From Chrysomallon squamiferum (taxonomy: Eukaryota; Animalia; Mollusca): a stretch of 64,000 nt of DNA. Each line of letters opens with the position of its first letter. Position 1 is the first letter of the stretch. The stretch lies in assembly GCA_012295275.1 (NCBI GenBank), contig CM022671.1:36270001-36334000 (forward strand), read 5' to 3'. The notes below the pieces were generated by a model. That model was not told the origin of the DNA and ran no database searches. It was given only the letters and a program-made list of their open reading frames with translations. The translations under genes were made by a program, and so were the position numbers. This document shows, in pieces, positions 1-26,357 of this stretch.

Positions 1-285
1 ACTGATTATTTAAAGTGACATATACCCATACCACTTTATTCAAACACTCTAAAATGTAATCACCCTATTATAACCTTACTGAATTCATGAACACAATCAT
101 GGTACAGTACATTCACTACTAAATTTGACTACTTAAGTACAACATACAGTATTCATAAATTTGTATGTAATTGTCTTCTACCTATATAATAATACTCATA
201 TAAAGCATTATAATTATTCACCTTACTTGCATAGTAACATTCACAGCAATAAATGAATATTATGATATAGAAAACATTTACTTAC

Positions 286-5200
<4,915 letters not shown>

Positions 5201-5767
5201 TTTAACTGGCAAACACTGAAAACAGGACACACATTTTTATAAACAAAACACGATTTTCTGCCGTGAAGAAAACACTTGAAAACATGTTTTCGTTGACCAA
5301 ATTAACAAGACTGCCTGACGTAATAACAGTTTTTAATTGATGTAAGTAAGCAGTCAGTTCCTGTGTACCATTAGAGGATGTCGAAATGTGTGTGGCAAAT
5401 AATGATGACTGTTAAGGATAAAGTGTACCTTTGTAAACTATTACTTCATATCATTTACATTGTACTCTTTCCTTTTTATATTTATTTATTATTTTTAGTG
5501 TTGTTATTATTGTTATTATTATGATAATGATGATGATCATCATATTATTATTATTGTTGTTGTTGTTGTTGTTGTTGTTGTTCCTGTTGTAGCTTTTTAC
5601 AGATGTCTTTTTAAAAGATATATTTAGATATGCATGTACCGATCCTAATTTTGAAATATACTTTGTCTCTTAAGCAGATGTAGGTGGTTTAGATTCTGAA
5701 TGGTCATGAAGAATATAATGAAATACTTCTTCCAGATTTGTTCATAAAATGTTACAGAAATACATTC

Positions 5768-5867
<100 letters not shown>

Positions 5868-6163
5868 ATTTCAGTTAGTGATATAATTCATTCAATTAAT
5901 TTTTGTAATGATTTTGTCAGCATCTCCCAATAATTATTATATACTAATCTTCATGTAGAAAGTAAATGTTAAAAACATTCAAACAGTAGTAAAATAATAA
6001 TTTAATTATTTTTATGAGCTGTAAAATATATTTTCATGATTTTTATTAATATTACTAAATAAATTTTGTTTCAATACAATTAAAATAATAAAACAATAAT
6101 TGGTTAAACTTAATATTTAATTACAACAAAAAGGGTAAGTGCTACAAAAAACAAATAAAAAAA

Positions 6164-6201
<38 letters not shown>

Positions 6202-9200
6202 AATTTAAATGACATTAATTTTAATATAACTAACCAGTATTAAAATGATAAAACAATAAAATTAATCTTAAGAAACAAAACAAATGCTGTACTTACCTAA
6301 AATAACTAACAAATTTTAAAAGTTTAATCTGCATTAGAATATGACTTTTTAAAATTAATATTAAAAATAAATAAAAAAAATTATATATATATATATAGGT
6401 ATATACACAAAACCAAAAAACAAAACAAACAGCAACAAATCAAATATTTAAAATATAATAAATTTGACTTATATTAAATGATTAACAAAGATATAACTGA
6501 AAGTATCAAACTTACATCAGACTGACTTGATCAGCAGGAAATCATTTCACTTTTTTCAACAGAGAGACTGGTGTCTGAGAAAAAACCATGTTAGAATTGG
6601 ACAAAACATCACACGAAGTGACTGGTGTTCACAGATGTCCAAACCTGCATTTTAACTGTAAAAACAGGATACTGAACTTTTCAATAAGAAAATCTTAATG
6701 AGAAAAAAGTATGTATACTGAGTGACACTAAAAAAGCAGACACATAATACTGTCACATTTCTGTGTGGGTTTTTATAATATAATCTATTAATTTTGACAG
6801 ATTAATAAATTAAAAAAAAAAAAAAAAAAATGTTGTAAGATATATTTTAGAACCATAAATTATATTAATCAATTATATGTTTATTTATTTATTTATATAT
6901 TTATTATTTAAAATATGAAGAGAATATGAAATTAGCATTACCACTATTGATTTCATTTGAATTAGTCCATTAGTAAATGTATATTTATATAAATTTAATA
7001 TTATATTACTGTCTTTAAACACTATAAAACTGTATGAAATGCAAAATCCAAAGAATGTAAAGTTATTAACTGTTCTGTACACACAGATACCCTAACCAAT
7101 ACATTTTTTATATTTACAAACATTTTAAATCTCTGCATATTTAGTGTCAATGTTTAACAGATGAAAATCAACATAATTAGCCTCAGATTTAAAGATTTAG
7201 TTTGCGTAATTATCATCCATTTACTGCTGATTTTCTGGTGTTGTTCAGTATACCAAGCCAACATGTTAAAAACACCAACTGTAGATAAAGATCAACACTG
7301 CTGGCATCAGTTAACTTACATCTCCATGTGCTCCTTATCAGCCACAGTGTCAACAACACCATAAACCATGCAGCAATGTCATTTGTCTGTCTTCAACATC
7401 GGCACTCCTTGTTCACATATTTATAACCAAACTTAAAGTATTTAATTTTTGTTATAAACATGTTATTAGATATCTGAATGTTTTTGTTATTTTTCTTTTT
7501 TTATTGAATAATAAAATAAAATTAATATTAAATAAATAAAATATAGTGGCTTATTTTGTATTGATAATAACAACTACAATTTATGTGCATGAAAATTATA
7601 AATATTTTATAAAACACAGTTACTGAAAAGATATCAAAATCATAGAAGTTCACCAAAGATATAAAAATTATAATTTACACATATATAAAACATTTGATGA
7701 TTTTTAACTGGGAGGAAATAGTGTAATGCACAATTCTTTTAGAATCTGCTGGATTCTTTAATTTTGGAACACATTTTCAATAAAAGATAATCATAACAAA
7801 TAACTACAAGATTTCTTGCCACCACTTTTTTGTTTATTTATTTATTTATTTTTTTAAATCAATGCACAACATACATATCTGTAAAAAAAAAAAAATTATG
7901 AAGGACTAGATTTTTCATCTGATGACATATTCAACAGAATATATTTAGTTTTTAATTTTCTGTGTACTGAACAACTTTGACTCAGCTACATCTAGCATTG
8001 ATATTGTTGTGAGGATTGAACGCACAACCTAGGACACATCAGACTTGTCTTTAATACAGCACACATGAACTGAACTGCAGACAGTTTGCTATGGCAGTAG
8101 GCCTCTATACAAGATAATGTATGAAGTGGCTGATACAGATTAGTGCCCCAGGAAACAAACTCTTGAACCAAAAAGCTAATACGTTTCCATTTCAATGTAA
8201 ATTACAACACTTGTATTAAATAATATATATTACAGACAAGTGAGCATAATTAGGGTCATTCCAATATGATTATATCTTTTATACATGAAAAACATAAATA
8301 CTAATAAAAATTAAAAATGGAAGAAAGAAAAAGATGAAAAAACAAAAAAAAAAAAAAGGATATAGAAAAATGTGATAAAATAAAAGAAAAATGAAAACAG
8401 GTCACGGGAAGAGAGAAAAAGAAAAAGGAAAAGAGAAGCAAAATGAAGACTGAAAGAAAATCTTATAAAAGAGAGAAAGCAAAAGGACCTCAAAGTAAGA
8501 AACAAACAGCAATGAACATAAATAAATACACAGCCACTCCTTAATTTCAGAAGCAAATTAACTTGTTTTAGAGAAAAACAACCTATCTTTATGGTAAATA
8601 TAAAGTTGAGACCTGCAGACATTCAGTCCCACTATCAGGAACTGCTTGGAATTCCAAAGTGTCAGGTGGTATGTCTTTTAGTTTTTTAGAAGTGCACACA
8701 GCAGTTGGTCCAGCTGTCACTCAGTGACTTGTTTATCAACCATGGTGATCCCTGGAATTTTAAACTCTTTTACAAAACTGTATGCTTAGCTAATCAGAGG
8801 GGAAGAAAAATATATACTTCAAAAACCAGATGTTTTATTTTTCTTTATGTTCAGTTTATCAGCACAGAAAAAAGATGTATATAATGCGTAAGTTTTGACA
8901 AAGAATTAATGGGATAAATGGTGAATTTTTATTTATTTTTTAATATAGAAGAATAAATAATTAAATGAGATAATTTTAAGAATAAAATGTATTGTTTATA
9001 AAATATTTAAAAAAAGAAATGAAATAACTGTACACTAATCGTATTTCTTTCTAAATGAATTGACCAAAGACTGTTATACTACCATGTTTTCAATGATACT
9101 TGATATTTGCAGTGAACAGATTAGTATTTTAATACATCTTCAAAAGCTGCACTACTCAAATGTATCTCAGTAATTTATTTTAATTTTAAATATATTAATA

Positions 9201-9543
9201 ACATCAATACCAAATGTTCTGGATAAATGAATCAAACACAGTTTTCTAAATATTTATCAGTAGCCATGGTTACAAACATTGAAATTTGAATTAAGAATAA
9301 ATAAATTTTACCCAAACAAGTAACAACATTTAAGAAAAGGGGTATGTACTTTTTATTTTATATATAACAGTGATCTTTTTGTTTCTACAGAAGACAAATT
9401 CCTGTATTCTTGTTTTCAGAAACTCTGAGAGTTTTCAGTCACTTGTGATTCTGCTGTCTTATATCCTCCATTTTAAACACTAAACTTGTTGTTCTGAATT
9501 TATTTCTTCATCTTTAAAGTTATTTCCTTGAATATGTTTAACA

Positions 9544-12500
9544 TCAGATGAAGTCATAAAGATACCGCATTATATCAAAGTTTACTGTCCTGAAAAAAAA
9601 ATTTAAAAGTTTATTTTTTAAGCATATGGTTTTTAAAAATTAATTTGAAAATGACCTAGAGTAAAGTTCTTTCATTTTAATTTAATTTTAGAAAATATTA
9701 GTAAACAGCAGCTGTAATTTTAAATTATTTAAACAGTAGAACATTTAACACATACAGAACACTTTTTTCTTTTAAGAATATTATTTGTCATTTTGACAGA
9801 CTCATGAACAAATTGACAGATGACTGACAGCATTAACAAATGAAAGATGATGGAAGGAATGCTATTAAAAAGAGAGAAATAATTTTCACCTGGACACAAA
9901 TCTGATGAACTCCAGTGAAACCAGACATTTGTATTTTGGCATGTCGATCTGATCTTCACTGGCGGCTGGTCCAAGCAAATGAAGACTAACCAGAGAGGTA
10001 ATCTGAATTAATGAATGAGTAAGTAAGTAAGTAAGAAAGTAAGTAAGTAAGCAGGTAAGTAAATAAAATAAATAAATAAATAAATAAATAAATAACAAAA
10101 CAAACAAATTAATAAATATATGACTAAATAAAAAATTGAGAAATATATAATCTACCTTGCATGTTGATATCTATACAAACTTCAGATATCTTTTAAATAC
10201 TTAAATAAAATAATTCAACCTGTATGATCACTTGCATCAAGCTAAGAATAAATAGCAAACTAAACTAACCTTTATTTAAATACTGATTTGTATAAGATTC
10301 ATGTAAAAATATATCTGTGAGTATCTGTAAAACCCACTACAAAGCTCAAACTAATCAATATAGTAAACTCACTTTAGAATACATACAGACTTTTACCTGT
10401 AAGTAAAAACTCACCTGTGAGTAAATGTGACCTGTAGGTGCAACTCGTCCCTCTACAATGGAGTAGAAAATAGCAAAGAGTCTGTCCAAGGCAAAAGGTC
10501 TTGGTCCCAGTAGATGATTGCTGGTCTGAAACAAACACACCATTATCAGTTACTGTCCTTCGTATCTGCTTAGTCATACAATTCACAATAAATACTGTTA
10601 AAAAATAATAATAATACAAAATAAATTTGATATTTATCAAACTTACCTTTTCATGTTTCTTTACAGGTTTTTGCTTCCGATAGGTCTTTGCAGTATGCTG
10701 AAAAATAAAAGTATGATGCTTACAGATTTATTTTTAAGAACAATGACTTGATTTTCTTTTTAAAATAGGAGAAGAATGAAAGAAACAGAGTATCTGAGAA
10801 GAGAATAATTAGGAATCCAAGACATACCTTGACAAATAACCTGCGGTCAGACTTGGCAGGATTGTATGAAGCCAGGTACGCTGCTATCAGTAAGTACTTG
10901 CTGTAGTAAGGCAACTCTACATGAGAACGTGATGACATCACTGAAAACAAAAACACCTTAGTTTTATTATAAAATATTGTTAGTTTTACATCTTTACATT
11001 CATGACAAATATCTGTAACATGTAATTTATGTTTTAACACAAATAACAAAGTGATAACAAGATTTAATATAATTCACCTGAGTTTGGAGATATTGTTGAA
11101 TCTTTGAACTGTTCATTCTGATATCGTTCCCACTGTGAACTGAAAAAATAAAGAACAATGTTTTTGAAAATTTAACAGACAGACAGATAAATATATGTTA
11201 ACAATTTTCTATTTTCTGTTTTAAAATTTATAGATCTGTCAATCAAAATACAAACTCACCTGGATATTTCTCGAAGGTAAATTGTCTGTAAAGCTTTTTT
11301 CAGATGAGGCTCTACATTCCTCCAAAGTTTTCTGAAATGTTCTACAGTTGCTGAAATACATAAACATGTACAACTGAACAGCATTAAAAAAAAAAAAAAA
11401 ATTAAAAACTACTGCTAGAAAATAGTATTAACATCCTCATTTTAAAATAATATTAAAAGAGCAGCATTACCATACTTTTTGAAATGATAATAAATAAATA
11501 ATGTTTTGTTTTTGTTTCTTTTTCCAATATATTTTCAAACAATTTGCTGAAAAGATTTCTTAGCTGATAAGAATATCATTTTCTAATGTCCGTAGCCGTT
11601 TGATATGGAACTACGTCAGAACAATTCAAAACATTTAACAAAAGTTGAATAGGTTATAAAATCTTTACCTTCACCATTTTCAATAGGTTCCACGTACTTG
11701 CTAAAATTTAACTGAGCCTGCAACACAAAATAGATATTTTCTTATAATCAAAGAATGTAATTATCTTGCAAATTGAAAAAACATAACATAATCTTATATA
11801 TATATTCTATTTTTCATTTAAGTATAAATATGATGAAAAAATTAATCTGTATAAAAAGAAGAACCTCTCAAGTGTTCTGCTTGGTTATTACAAGAGTCTG
11901 GGGTGTGTGCTGTTCTACTTACAATATGTCTAAGTTCTCGAAGGTCACGACAAACAAGATGAAAAACAGACAAAACCAGACTGATGTAGTTCTTGAAGAA
12001 ATCTTTTGGATATTCTTCTGGGCAGTCAAGGGACATAACTTCAGTAAGGTCATCTGAAGGAGAGCAATAGCATAAACCAGAATGAAAAGAACTGATATTT
12101 TTCACAGACAATTAATCACCTTTGATGGGTTATATGTGGACATTAGAATAATCAGATATATAAACAAGTTTTTTAAAACCCTCACACACACACACACACA
12201 CATCTATATGAACTAGATCCAACATAAAAACATGCAAATTCTATACTGATAATTTCATGGGATATGTTAAACAAAAAAATTTTGGAAAAATTAACTATTC
12301 TTTTCATATAACCTTTATACAACTTTCTGTAACATAAAAAAGTAAATGATTTTTTATATTCACCACATGTCCCATTCAGTCAAAAAAATTTAAAAGTGAA
12401 ATTCATTGAAAAATATTTACAAACAAAAGAAAAATGTTTTGTAAACAAATTAACAAATAAATTTAAAAAAAAAAGGAAATACAAATTACAAGGAAGGTAA

Positions 12501-12774
12501 CTATCTTTCAGTTAAACAGTCCTAATTGTTCTGACTCAGAAGATGAAACCTATGATCCGATCATTAAATACTGGTGTTCTAAATTTGTTTTCAGCTTAGG
12601 GTAATATTCACCTCTGTTGTAGTCAGGGAAGTGTAGAATGTAAGGTTCACAGACACCAGTCCCAGCACGGAACTTTTCCCACACAATCTCAGAGATGAGA
12701 ATCACACAGACTTTGAGACCACTCTAAATAAACAAACCAATGTACAGGTTTATCTATGTCTGTCACTGAATGAA

Positions 12775-12827
<53 letters not shown>

Positions 12828-14668
12828 CTCTGTGTTTTGATAGAGAAATATGCTACTGAGTGACAGAAGAAGAGACTTAATGTATGTCTGTGTGTGGTTT
12901 GCATGTGTACTTTTGTGTAATATGCGGGTATAAACAATGTCAGTTAAGATTTTAAAAACACAACTTACTAATTCTTGTAATCTTAAAAAACCTGACAAAA
13001 TGTTCACATCCATTTCACGTAGTCTTTCTGCCTTGTCCAAAACCTGCATAGAAATACACATAAATAAATAATAAACTTTTTAACATTGTGTAATATAATA
13101 AAATCATAAATAACAAAATATAGATGTCTAGGAAATAGGTAATAATTTGGTTAGCTAAGAGAATAATTTTTCTTTTGATGTCAGTAAAATCAATATTGTA
13201 TTTTTAACAGGCGTACATTATAGCTTCATGCACTCGGGGTTTGACAAAATAGAAACTTGAGCATTAATGAAACACCAGTCTAAAGATCAACTACAAAGTT
13301 TGTTAATAAAAAAATAAAATATTTAAAAAGATATCCATGTACAAACCAAGTAAAGTGTTTCTTGATGAAGTTTTCTTTGATGTACTATCTGACAGAGAAA
13401 TCTGACAAAGTCATTCATATTGTCACAACTCATTCTGTCCTCATCAATGTCGCAGCCAGGAATATTGTTGATGATGTGTTCGTAGAGAAATCGTGAATTG
13501 TAGCATTCCACACAGTTCACCCAAACATTTGGTAACTACAGTTGTAAAATAAAATTTACAATTAAAGTGTGCTTTAACAGTACCACTCAGGATATATTAG
13601 TTACTGGCTGTAGGCTGGATTTTCACATACCATATACTGCTGTGAAATCACTATTAGAATGGAAGATAACCAAAGGATTACATATCAAGAGAACCTATTC
13701 ATGTGTAGTATGAAAAATGAGAAATAAAACAGGAACAGATATAATCTGTATTTTATAAAAGAATTTTGATAAAATAAACTGAAAGACACTTACTAAAATC
13801 AGACAACATTACACAAAATGAAACAGTTCATAATTTATAATTTACTGTGCCAAAATACATATTAAAAGGATTTACCTGAAGCAATGTGAGGATGTTGTTG
13901 ATGATATACGATTTACCAGTTGCAGTGTGGCCGTACACAAACAATGCAGGTACTGTATCATGATGTCGCTACAAGAAAGTCAATTAAATTGTAATCTTTT
14001 TTATTTTTTAAAATTTTTTTCCATTCTTCTTCTTTTTATAATAATTAATATTATTATCTTTTTTATTTTATATTTTTATTTCTAGATTTTAACTTTATTA
14101 AGATATCTGTATTTATTTATTATTATTTTTTTTTTTTTTTTTATATATATATACGGTAACAGACATTTTGACATCATATAGTTTAGTACATGTCAAAATG
14201 TCTATGAAGACTGAGTCGTTAATTTTAAAAACAAAACAAAAATAATAATAAATAATGATGTTGGTGTTGATTTGAAATGCATCATTCGTGATATTTTCTG
14301 CATGCTTATAAGTTACATTTTATTTCTTTATTGTTATTATCATTATTTCATTTGTTTAATTTTTTTTGTTTATTTTTCATTTCACTTCATGTTTTTTTTT
14401 GGGGGGGGGGAGGCAGTCTTTTTTATGAATAAAGAGTACAATTTAAAAATATCTGGGCACTAACATTTTAACATAGTCAAGATAGCATGTAAGGTGAATA
14501 CAAATATATTCACAAACACAGAAACACAGATAACCAAAAATATTACACGTTCTGTACCTCACCAAAGAGCTGCAGCAATGTTTGGATCTGCTGTTTTCTA
14601 CATGGTATCATGTCAAACATTTTCTTTAATATTTCTGTACTGTGTCCCCAGCTGTACATGTCATCCAT
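9544..14668 (-). CDS. ORC5: Origin recognition complex subunit 5 (14 coding exons, 448 aa)
   Basis: Exons 14668-14558, 13968-13876, 13535-13347, 13043-12969, 12723-12612, 12053-11923, 11717-11669, 11350-11260, 11139-11078, 10940-10828, 10697-10647, 10525-10415, 10002-9890, 9589-9544 join in frame (1347 nt). Motifs: Walker [86 protein letters not shown]. Confidence 0.97.
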
Positions 14669-15281
14669 CTGCAATACAGTACAATACAAGTAAAACAGAA
14701 CAATACACTTAATTACAATTTTCTTTTATCTGTGATTACCATTTCTATTGTTTGTAATATAATGTTATATTTTAATAAAGAGGAATTACATTACTAATCT
14801 AATCTGTAATTAGCAGCTATGTATTCTGTAGTTAGCAACCATGTAGTTTATTATTGTTATTATTGTTGTTATAAAATACTGTGATTTGTGTTTCTCTGAT
14901 ATTACCTTCTGCTGTTTTGTCACAAAACATAAAGGAATAGCTGTATGTCAATAATTTTATTTAAAAATCAGTACTGTGGTATATCTGTTATTCATCCATC
15001 TTAACAGTTCTGTCATTTGTTATAGTATTTTATGTTCATTTTCAGATGTAGTAGCCAGTCAGAGAAATAAAATATTATGTATAACATTCTATGTGTGTTC
15101 GTTAGTACGTGTGTGTGTGTGTGTGTGTGAATGTGTGTACTTCTGTACAAGTGATAGACCTCAACGTGAAAAATGATCTGTAGTGTATGTATAATAGATC
15201 TAATCCTGTAAATCACATCTCAATATTCACTTCGACCACTGTTCCCTTTTATACTGACATTATAAAGAAATCTATCCAAAA

Positions 15282-15332
<51 letters not shown>

Positions 15333-15672
15333 TCTATATGTATATTGTTCATAATTCCTTTAAAACAACAACAACAACAACAACAACAATAATAATAATT
15401 AATAAAAGCAAAATCAATGAATAAAATATTCATTTAAAACACAGAACTTTTATTTTTATGTTTTCAGGTTTAAAGTACAGATTTAACACAGTAAAATTAA
15501 AAGCTAATATTAACTGCATCACTCTGATAACCACAAAAAACATATTTCTGTACTTAATAACTAATTATAAAACAGAGAAATTAACCATATATAGTAGAAT
15601 TTATGACAGCAAAAACTGCCTGGAAATTTTAATCCTATATACTGGATGATTTCTAGAGCTTGTGAATCATTG

Positions 15673-15704
<32 letters not shown>

Positions 15705-15789
15705 AGATATTTACAATAAAAAAAATCCAGCAACAACTAAATAAATAAAAATTAAAATAAATAAATGAATAAATCAAAATTAAAATAAA

Positions 15790-15820
<31 letters not shown>

Positions 15821-16421
15821 TAAAATTAAAATAAATAAATAATGTCCTATAACATGCCCTCATGCACACTTAAAATTTTTCCGACTCAGCATGTAAGAAA
15901 AAATCAGTGAAGCATGACACTGTATGTTAACAAGACTACTGTGAATATGTCAGTTTCTTCCGCCATCCACCATTACACCAGCCAACCAAAGATCTAAAGA
16001 GACTGTATGAAATACAAGTATATGTATCAATACTCAAAATCAGATTAAACTAGCAGTAACTGTTGTTGTTACTAATATTCTACCCACCCACCCAACTAGC
16101 TGCACAGACTGAGTGAGATTTATGAATATGCATGAGACTATATTTAACTGTACTGCCTGTGAAAGCAGCATGGCTACAGAGTGTGACTGGGAAACCTGCT
16201 AGACAGGTTTTGACTCTACTTGTATTGTTAGTCTAAATCTGTTAACAGCCAAGGATTGATCATTCAGAAATAACTGCCTCACCCTCTTGCATATTTCTCT
16301 CATACAGAACAAAAATAACGGTGTTGTCGTCATTGTTGTTGTTAATACTAGTACCAGTGCTGAGACATTAACTGTACAACTTTTGTGTCTACAACGGTGA
16401 CCACAGCCTCACCAGTCCACT

Positions 16422-21332
<4,911 letters not shown>

Positions 21333-22198
21333 CATAAATATATTTATAAGACTGAGTCTATTTATGACACTGGCACAGAAGATATTCGTATATCAAACAT
21401 CAGTTTTTGATCAGCTCAGTTGCTGTGAATAACATTTTGAAATAAATGAAACCATGAAAATATAAATTTTTATTAAATTAATTAAGAATTTAAAAAATAA
21501 AAATAAAGAGAAAAAGGATTGTTACTACAATGTAACAAAGACATTTACTTTACAGGGTAAAAAGATTTTTCAAATTTGTAACCATCTTCAGAAAAATAAA
21601 GGTTAGATTAATTTCTTTTTTATGGTGTACCCATGACATTGGAAAAGAAGGAGAAAAACTACAGAAAAATTATTTAAATGTTTTACTTTAAAAAAATAAA
21701 TAATAATAATAAATGCTATAATTTTAAAAAAGCCAAAAAAAATAAATAAAAAATAAAAAACCGTAAGCCTTTAAATAAAACAAGGTTTATGTTTTACACA
21801 TTGTACATTATATAATTAATAATAACTATAGATTATTTTACAAAATATTTTGTTTGCACTTTTGAATTCAAATAACTCAAAAAAACTAGATGACTAGATT
21901 AAAAGAAAATATTGAAATTCAATTTCTGAAATGATAAAAATTAATCTGGAATGTACTGTACATGAGAAGAAAAAAATCCCAGATTAATAAACATGTTAAA
22001 AAGAATGTGTATATATTTTTAACACTGAAAAAAAATAAACAAGATGGCTGATCTGCAGGAGCAGAAATTTTGCAAAAATGCAAGTACATGTAAATACATG
22101 TACACACATATATAATAAACCTTTTTGATATATATACATATATATTCCTTTATTGATTTATATGAACTGTCATTTGTTTTCACTCTGTTTTGCCTTGA

Positions 22199-22231
<33 letters not shown>

Positions 22232-25200
22232 ATAGAGGCAACAGGTGATGACACTGTACTGTAAAAAGCATTATTTTTAAATTTATGTATTTCAAATTAT
22301 TGTTCAGTTACTCGGTCTTTATTAATATTTTATCCTTAGGCAGTCAAAGTGAAGGTCACAAATTTGAGTACCAAACATCTTTAGTTCTGAATGCTATTTC
22401 CCTGCTTCACATTTTGTACTTGCTTTGATATAGCAGTTCAAACATGTTAAAATTACTTAAAACTATATTGTATTGTATTGGACAAATTCTATTTTTTTAT
22501 TTTCTTAGTTTAGACTGAATACATTTAATATTTTAAGTTTTGTTTAAGGATTATATACTAATGCATATTTAAAATACAATAAACTTTTTTTGTTTATAAA
22601 ATTATGGTTGGTATGTACAGTGTAAAGAATAATATTTGAAATGGGAAAGGATCAAATTACTGCCTGTTTGTATCCATTAGATTTAGGTATGTATTGCTTT
22701 AAGAAAAACTGGTTATTGGCAAAAGCTGTATTTGTTTTAGAAATAAATATATTATACCTGTATATTTACATTTTATCTTATACATAGATTTCTGTTTAAA
22801 ACTGTATATTGTCAATTTTTGGTAGATACTTTTAAGTTTTATAACCATTACGTATTCTATTCTTTTTATAACTTGAAAATAAAACTATTTTTTCCATAAA
22901 GCAACTATTTTCTTCTTCTTTTAAAAAAAAAAATTTATGTTTTTTTAAACTAAGATAAAATAGATTGAAAAACAGTTTTGATATCAGTATAATTAAACAA
23001 AATAAGAACTCACTTATATAGTTAAAATTTCACATAAATCTAAAACACAAAAACTAATCTTGAAGATGGTTTGAAAGTTTGCCTTACTTCTGATTCCAAC
23101 AAAGTCTGAAAGTTCTACATCACATATAATTCACCACATATAAAAAGTCAAATATCTGATAAAGTTAATTTTTAGCAAAAAGAGATAAAGAATTGGAAAA
23201 GTATAAATCTAAAGTAATTAAAAATTATGTTAAAAACTTCATGAATAAAAACATTAAAAATGCAATCCTTATAATATATCAAAAAGCAATTAATCAAATA
23301 AATTATAAAGATGTGGATTTCAAAACAAAAAAATCTGTAGAAAGAAATAAACAGAAAAATAAGATAAGTTTGTGAGAAATTCACAAATAGAAATATCTTC
23401 TCAAACAAACTTCACCTTCATTCTGAAGATGACGGAAGTTTAAGAAATAAAATTTCAAGTTTGTCTGTAGCAACAACAAGTAACTGGAACAATTTCTGAA
23501 TTGTATTTTATAATTAAATAGAAATTAAAAACATTTATGTATAATCTGAATCATATTTGTAAAAGTATTTCTTTCTTCTTTTTTTTTTTTTTTTTTTTTT
23601 TTTAATATTAAGAAAATCAAAACAATTATAATACTTGTGATAATAAGGAGCATAAACTGTATAAATGAAAATGTTGGCAATAAAATATTTTGTATGTACA
23701 TGACTTACAGTCATTTTGTTCTATTACAATTTTACAATGAAAACATGATCACTACATTTGATTTTTAGATATGCAGTACATACCAGAAAGTATCAATACA
23801 TCTTCTACTGATGACCACTGACCAATTTGGTCAGTATTTATCAAAAACTGCATTAAAAATTACTAATGATCAGTAAAAAACCCCACCTGTAATCTACAAA
23901 AAAAAATCAGTATCGATCATTACCAATCAAGCTACAATACACTCTATATTGATAACCACAGTTAATGATTATCAACAGAAACTTCTCATCAGTGGGTCAG
24001 CAGTCATTTTAATATGTCTGTAATTATCAGGAGGTGGGTAAATGCCAGTCATTAAATATGCCATTGTTGTGATTATCAGTATCACATGCGTTTTTTTATT
24101 GACAGAAACAAAAAATATTATAAATCTAGTGAAAATACCATGCATTTTAAGTCTACGGCGTGAACCATGTCAGTCCTCATGTCATGGATTAACAAAACAT
24201 TTGGTCATGAATATCCTTTTGCTTTTAATTGTAATTTATATATATAGTTAAGCATGTCAACTGGCCTGCTACATTTTGATTGTTTTCTACTAAAAGAAAT
24301 GCTAAAATATTGTGATATAGTTCCGTTAGGTCAAACAATAATAATAATAATAATTGATTAATTAATTAATTAATAAAGATATTTAAAATCGTTATCAATC
24401 AACAATCGTAGTTTGCACCAATGTTGATGCAAGGAAAAATGAGACAGCAACTAAAAAAAAAATCATACAGAATTAGTAACGAAGGTATAAACAGCAATAT
24501 CATGAAGGAGACAAAAAATAATGCTATTCTAATTCTATTTGATTTTCAGTATTGAACTGTATTCTGAATTATTATTCAGTGAATATCAATATGCAGAATA
24601 GTTAATCTATATTTATAACGAATTAGTGTGCGAAGGTTGTAATCTTATTATATAATTCAAATCAAAGATCTTTATTATTTTAATTTGAGGTATTGTCTTT
24701 GATTATGTACCTTCTACGAACAAACGTATCAATTTATACAAACCTCAGTAATTAATACATCTCCTGCTTGCTCGAACTTCCCGCAAAACAAGTGGTTGTT
24801 GCTTTATTTCCACCCCCATTTCAGGAACACCGAGTTAATTCGGACAAAATGTTTATTAGACTTAAATACGTTTTATCTTTTAAATACAAATATTAAAATA
24901 AATAAATAAATAAATAAAATAGGATTTTCGATTATTATTTGTCTTTCACTGGATCTTTAAAATTTATTATTCTGAGTTATTTTCAAGTACAGGTATGTCT
25001 AGAATGTCGCTGCAGATTCAATTAATAATTAAAATGTTGACAAATAGAAAGTTTATTATAATTATTCATATATTTATTTTATTTTATTCTTACTTTATTT
25101 TATTTGACTTCTTTAGAATTTTGTGGAAATTAAATTTGGGGTAAATGTTAACAATCTATGTTTAACGTAACACTGGTTAAATTAAATTAATAAATAAAAA

Positions 25201-25242
25201 CATAAATGAAATGCAAAAACTCTCACCAGCCTGAGTAAATCC

Positions 25243-25256
25243 GCGCCCCCTGGCGG
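25243..25256 (-). promoter_or_regulatory. CTCF-consensus site in a CpG-rich promoter region upstream of LHFPL-B
   Basis: Minus strand reads CCGCCAGGGGGCGC, matching the CTCF core CCRSYAGRKGGCRS, inside a CpG-rich patch at ~25230-25450. Confidence 0.55.
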
Positions 25257-25538
25257 AGATAACTTTTGTCACTAATACACGACCCTATGCAAATTTACCT
25301 GATGCCGGGAAACGACACCTTCTGTTGACAAACCAGTTGGACCGGTCTCGAGATATTTTTAGCGCTAAGGTAGCTGAGATAACAGTGTAGGACCGACAAC
25401 ACGTAAATGTAGATTGTCGATTAGACCCAGCCCCGCTAAAGTTGGTAGAAGATTGTTTTTCATTAGGGTGGACATACAGTTTTTGTTGTGTGTTACAGGT
25501 AAATTCATTAATTAATTACCACAACAACGATTCTGAAA

Positions 25539-26261
25539 ATGGATCGTGAGGTGGAATATTCGACAGAACTGACGAAGATCTATCATACAAACTATGTGAG
25601 AAATTCAAGGGCTGTTTGTGTATTATGGGCAGTGTTCACTATCTGTTACGCCATACTCAATATTGTTGCATTTATTCAGCCACAGTGGATTGGTGACACG
25701 GGAGAAAGTGACCGGCCAGGCTTTTTCGGACTGTACCAGTTCTGTGTGCTGGGAGCGTTCACGAGCGATTATATCAGTGAATTTACCTGTACTGGAGATT
25801 TTCTGCAGTTCAATCAGATTCTCAACACGTCCTTCCAGGCGTCGTCGTTCCTGGTAGGGGCATCAGCACTTCTCTTCATCATCTGCTGTATCTGCCTTGT
25901 CCTCTTCCTCTTCCTCAACACTGCAACTGTCCTACGTATCTGTGGCTGGCTGCAGATTCTCGGAGGTAAGTAGATATAGTACTATTATATAAAAAAAAAT
26001 ATATATATATATATATGCCAGAAGATGGTAAGAACTAGGGGAAATACAGTTACTGTCGCATTCGCATGCATCCTAGAAATTATTGTAAATCTTGCCCATC
26101 TTGTTTTTTTTATTTCTCTGTTGTTTATATAAAAAAATAAAAAAATTAACAGTCTTATTACTTTATATACACACATGCACACACATCAAATACAAAACAA
26201 AATATAAATTATATACGCAACACTGATACAAGTACATCTACATTCTACATTCCAGTGCTCT

Positions 26262-26357
<96 letters not shown>
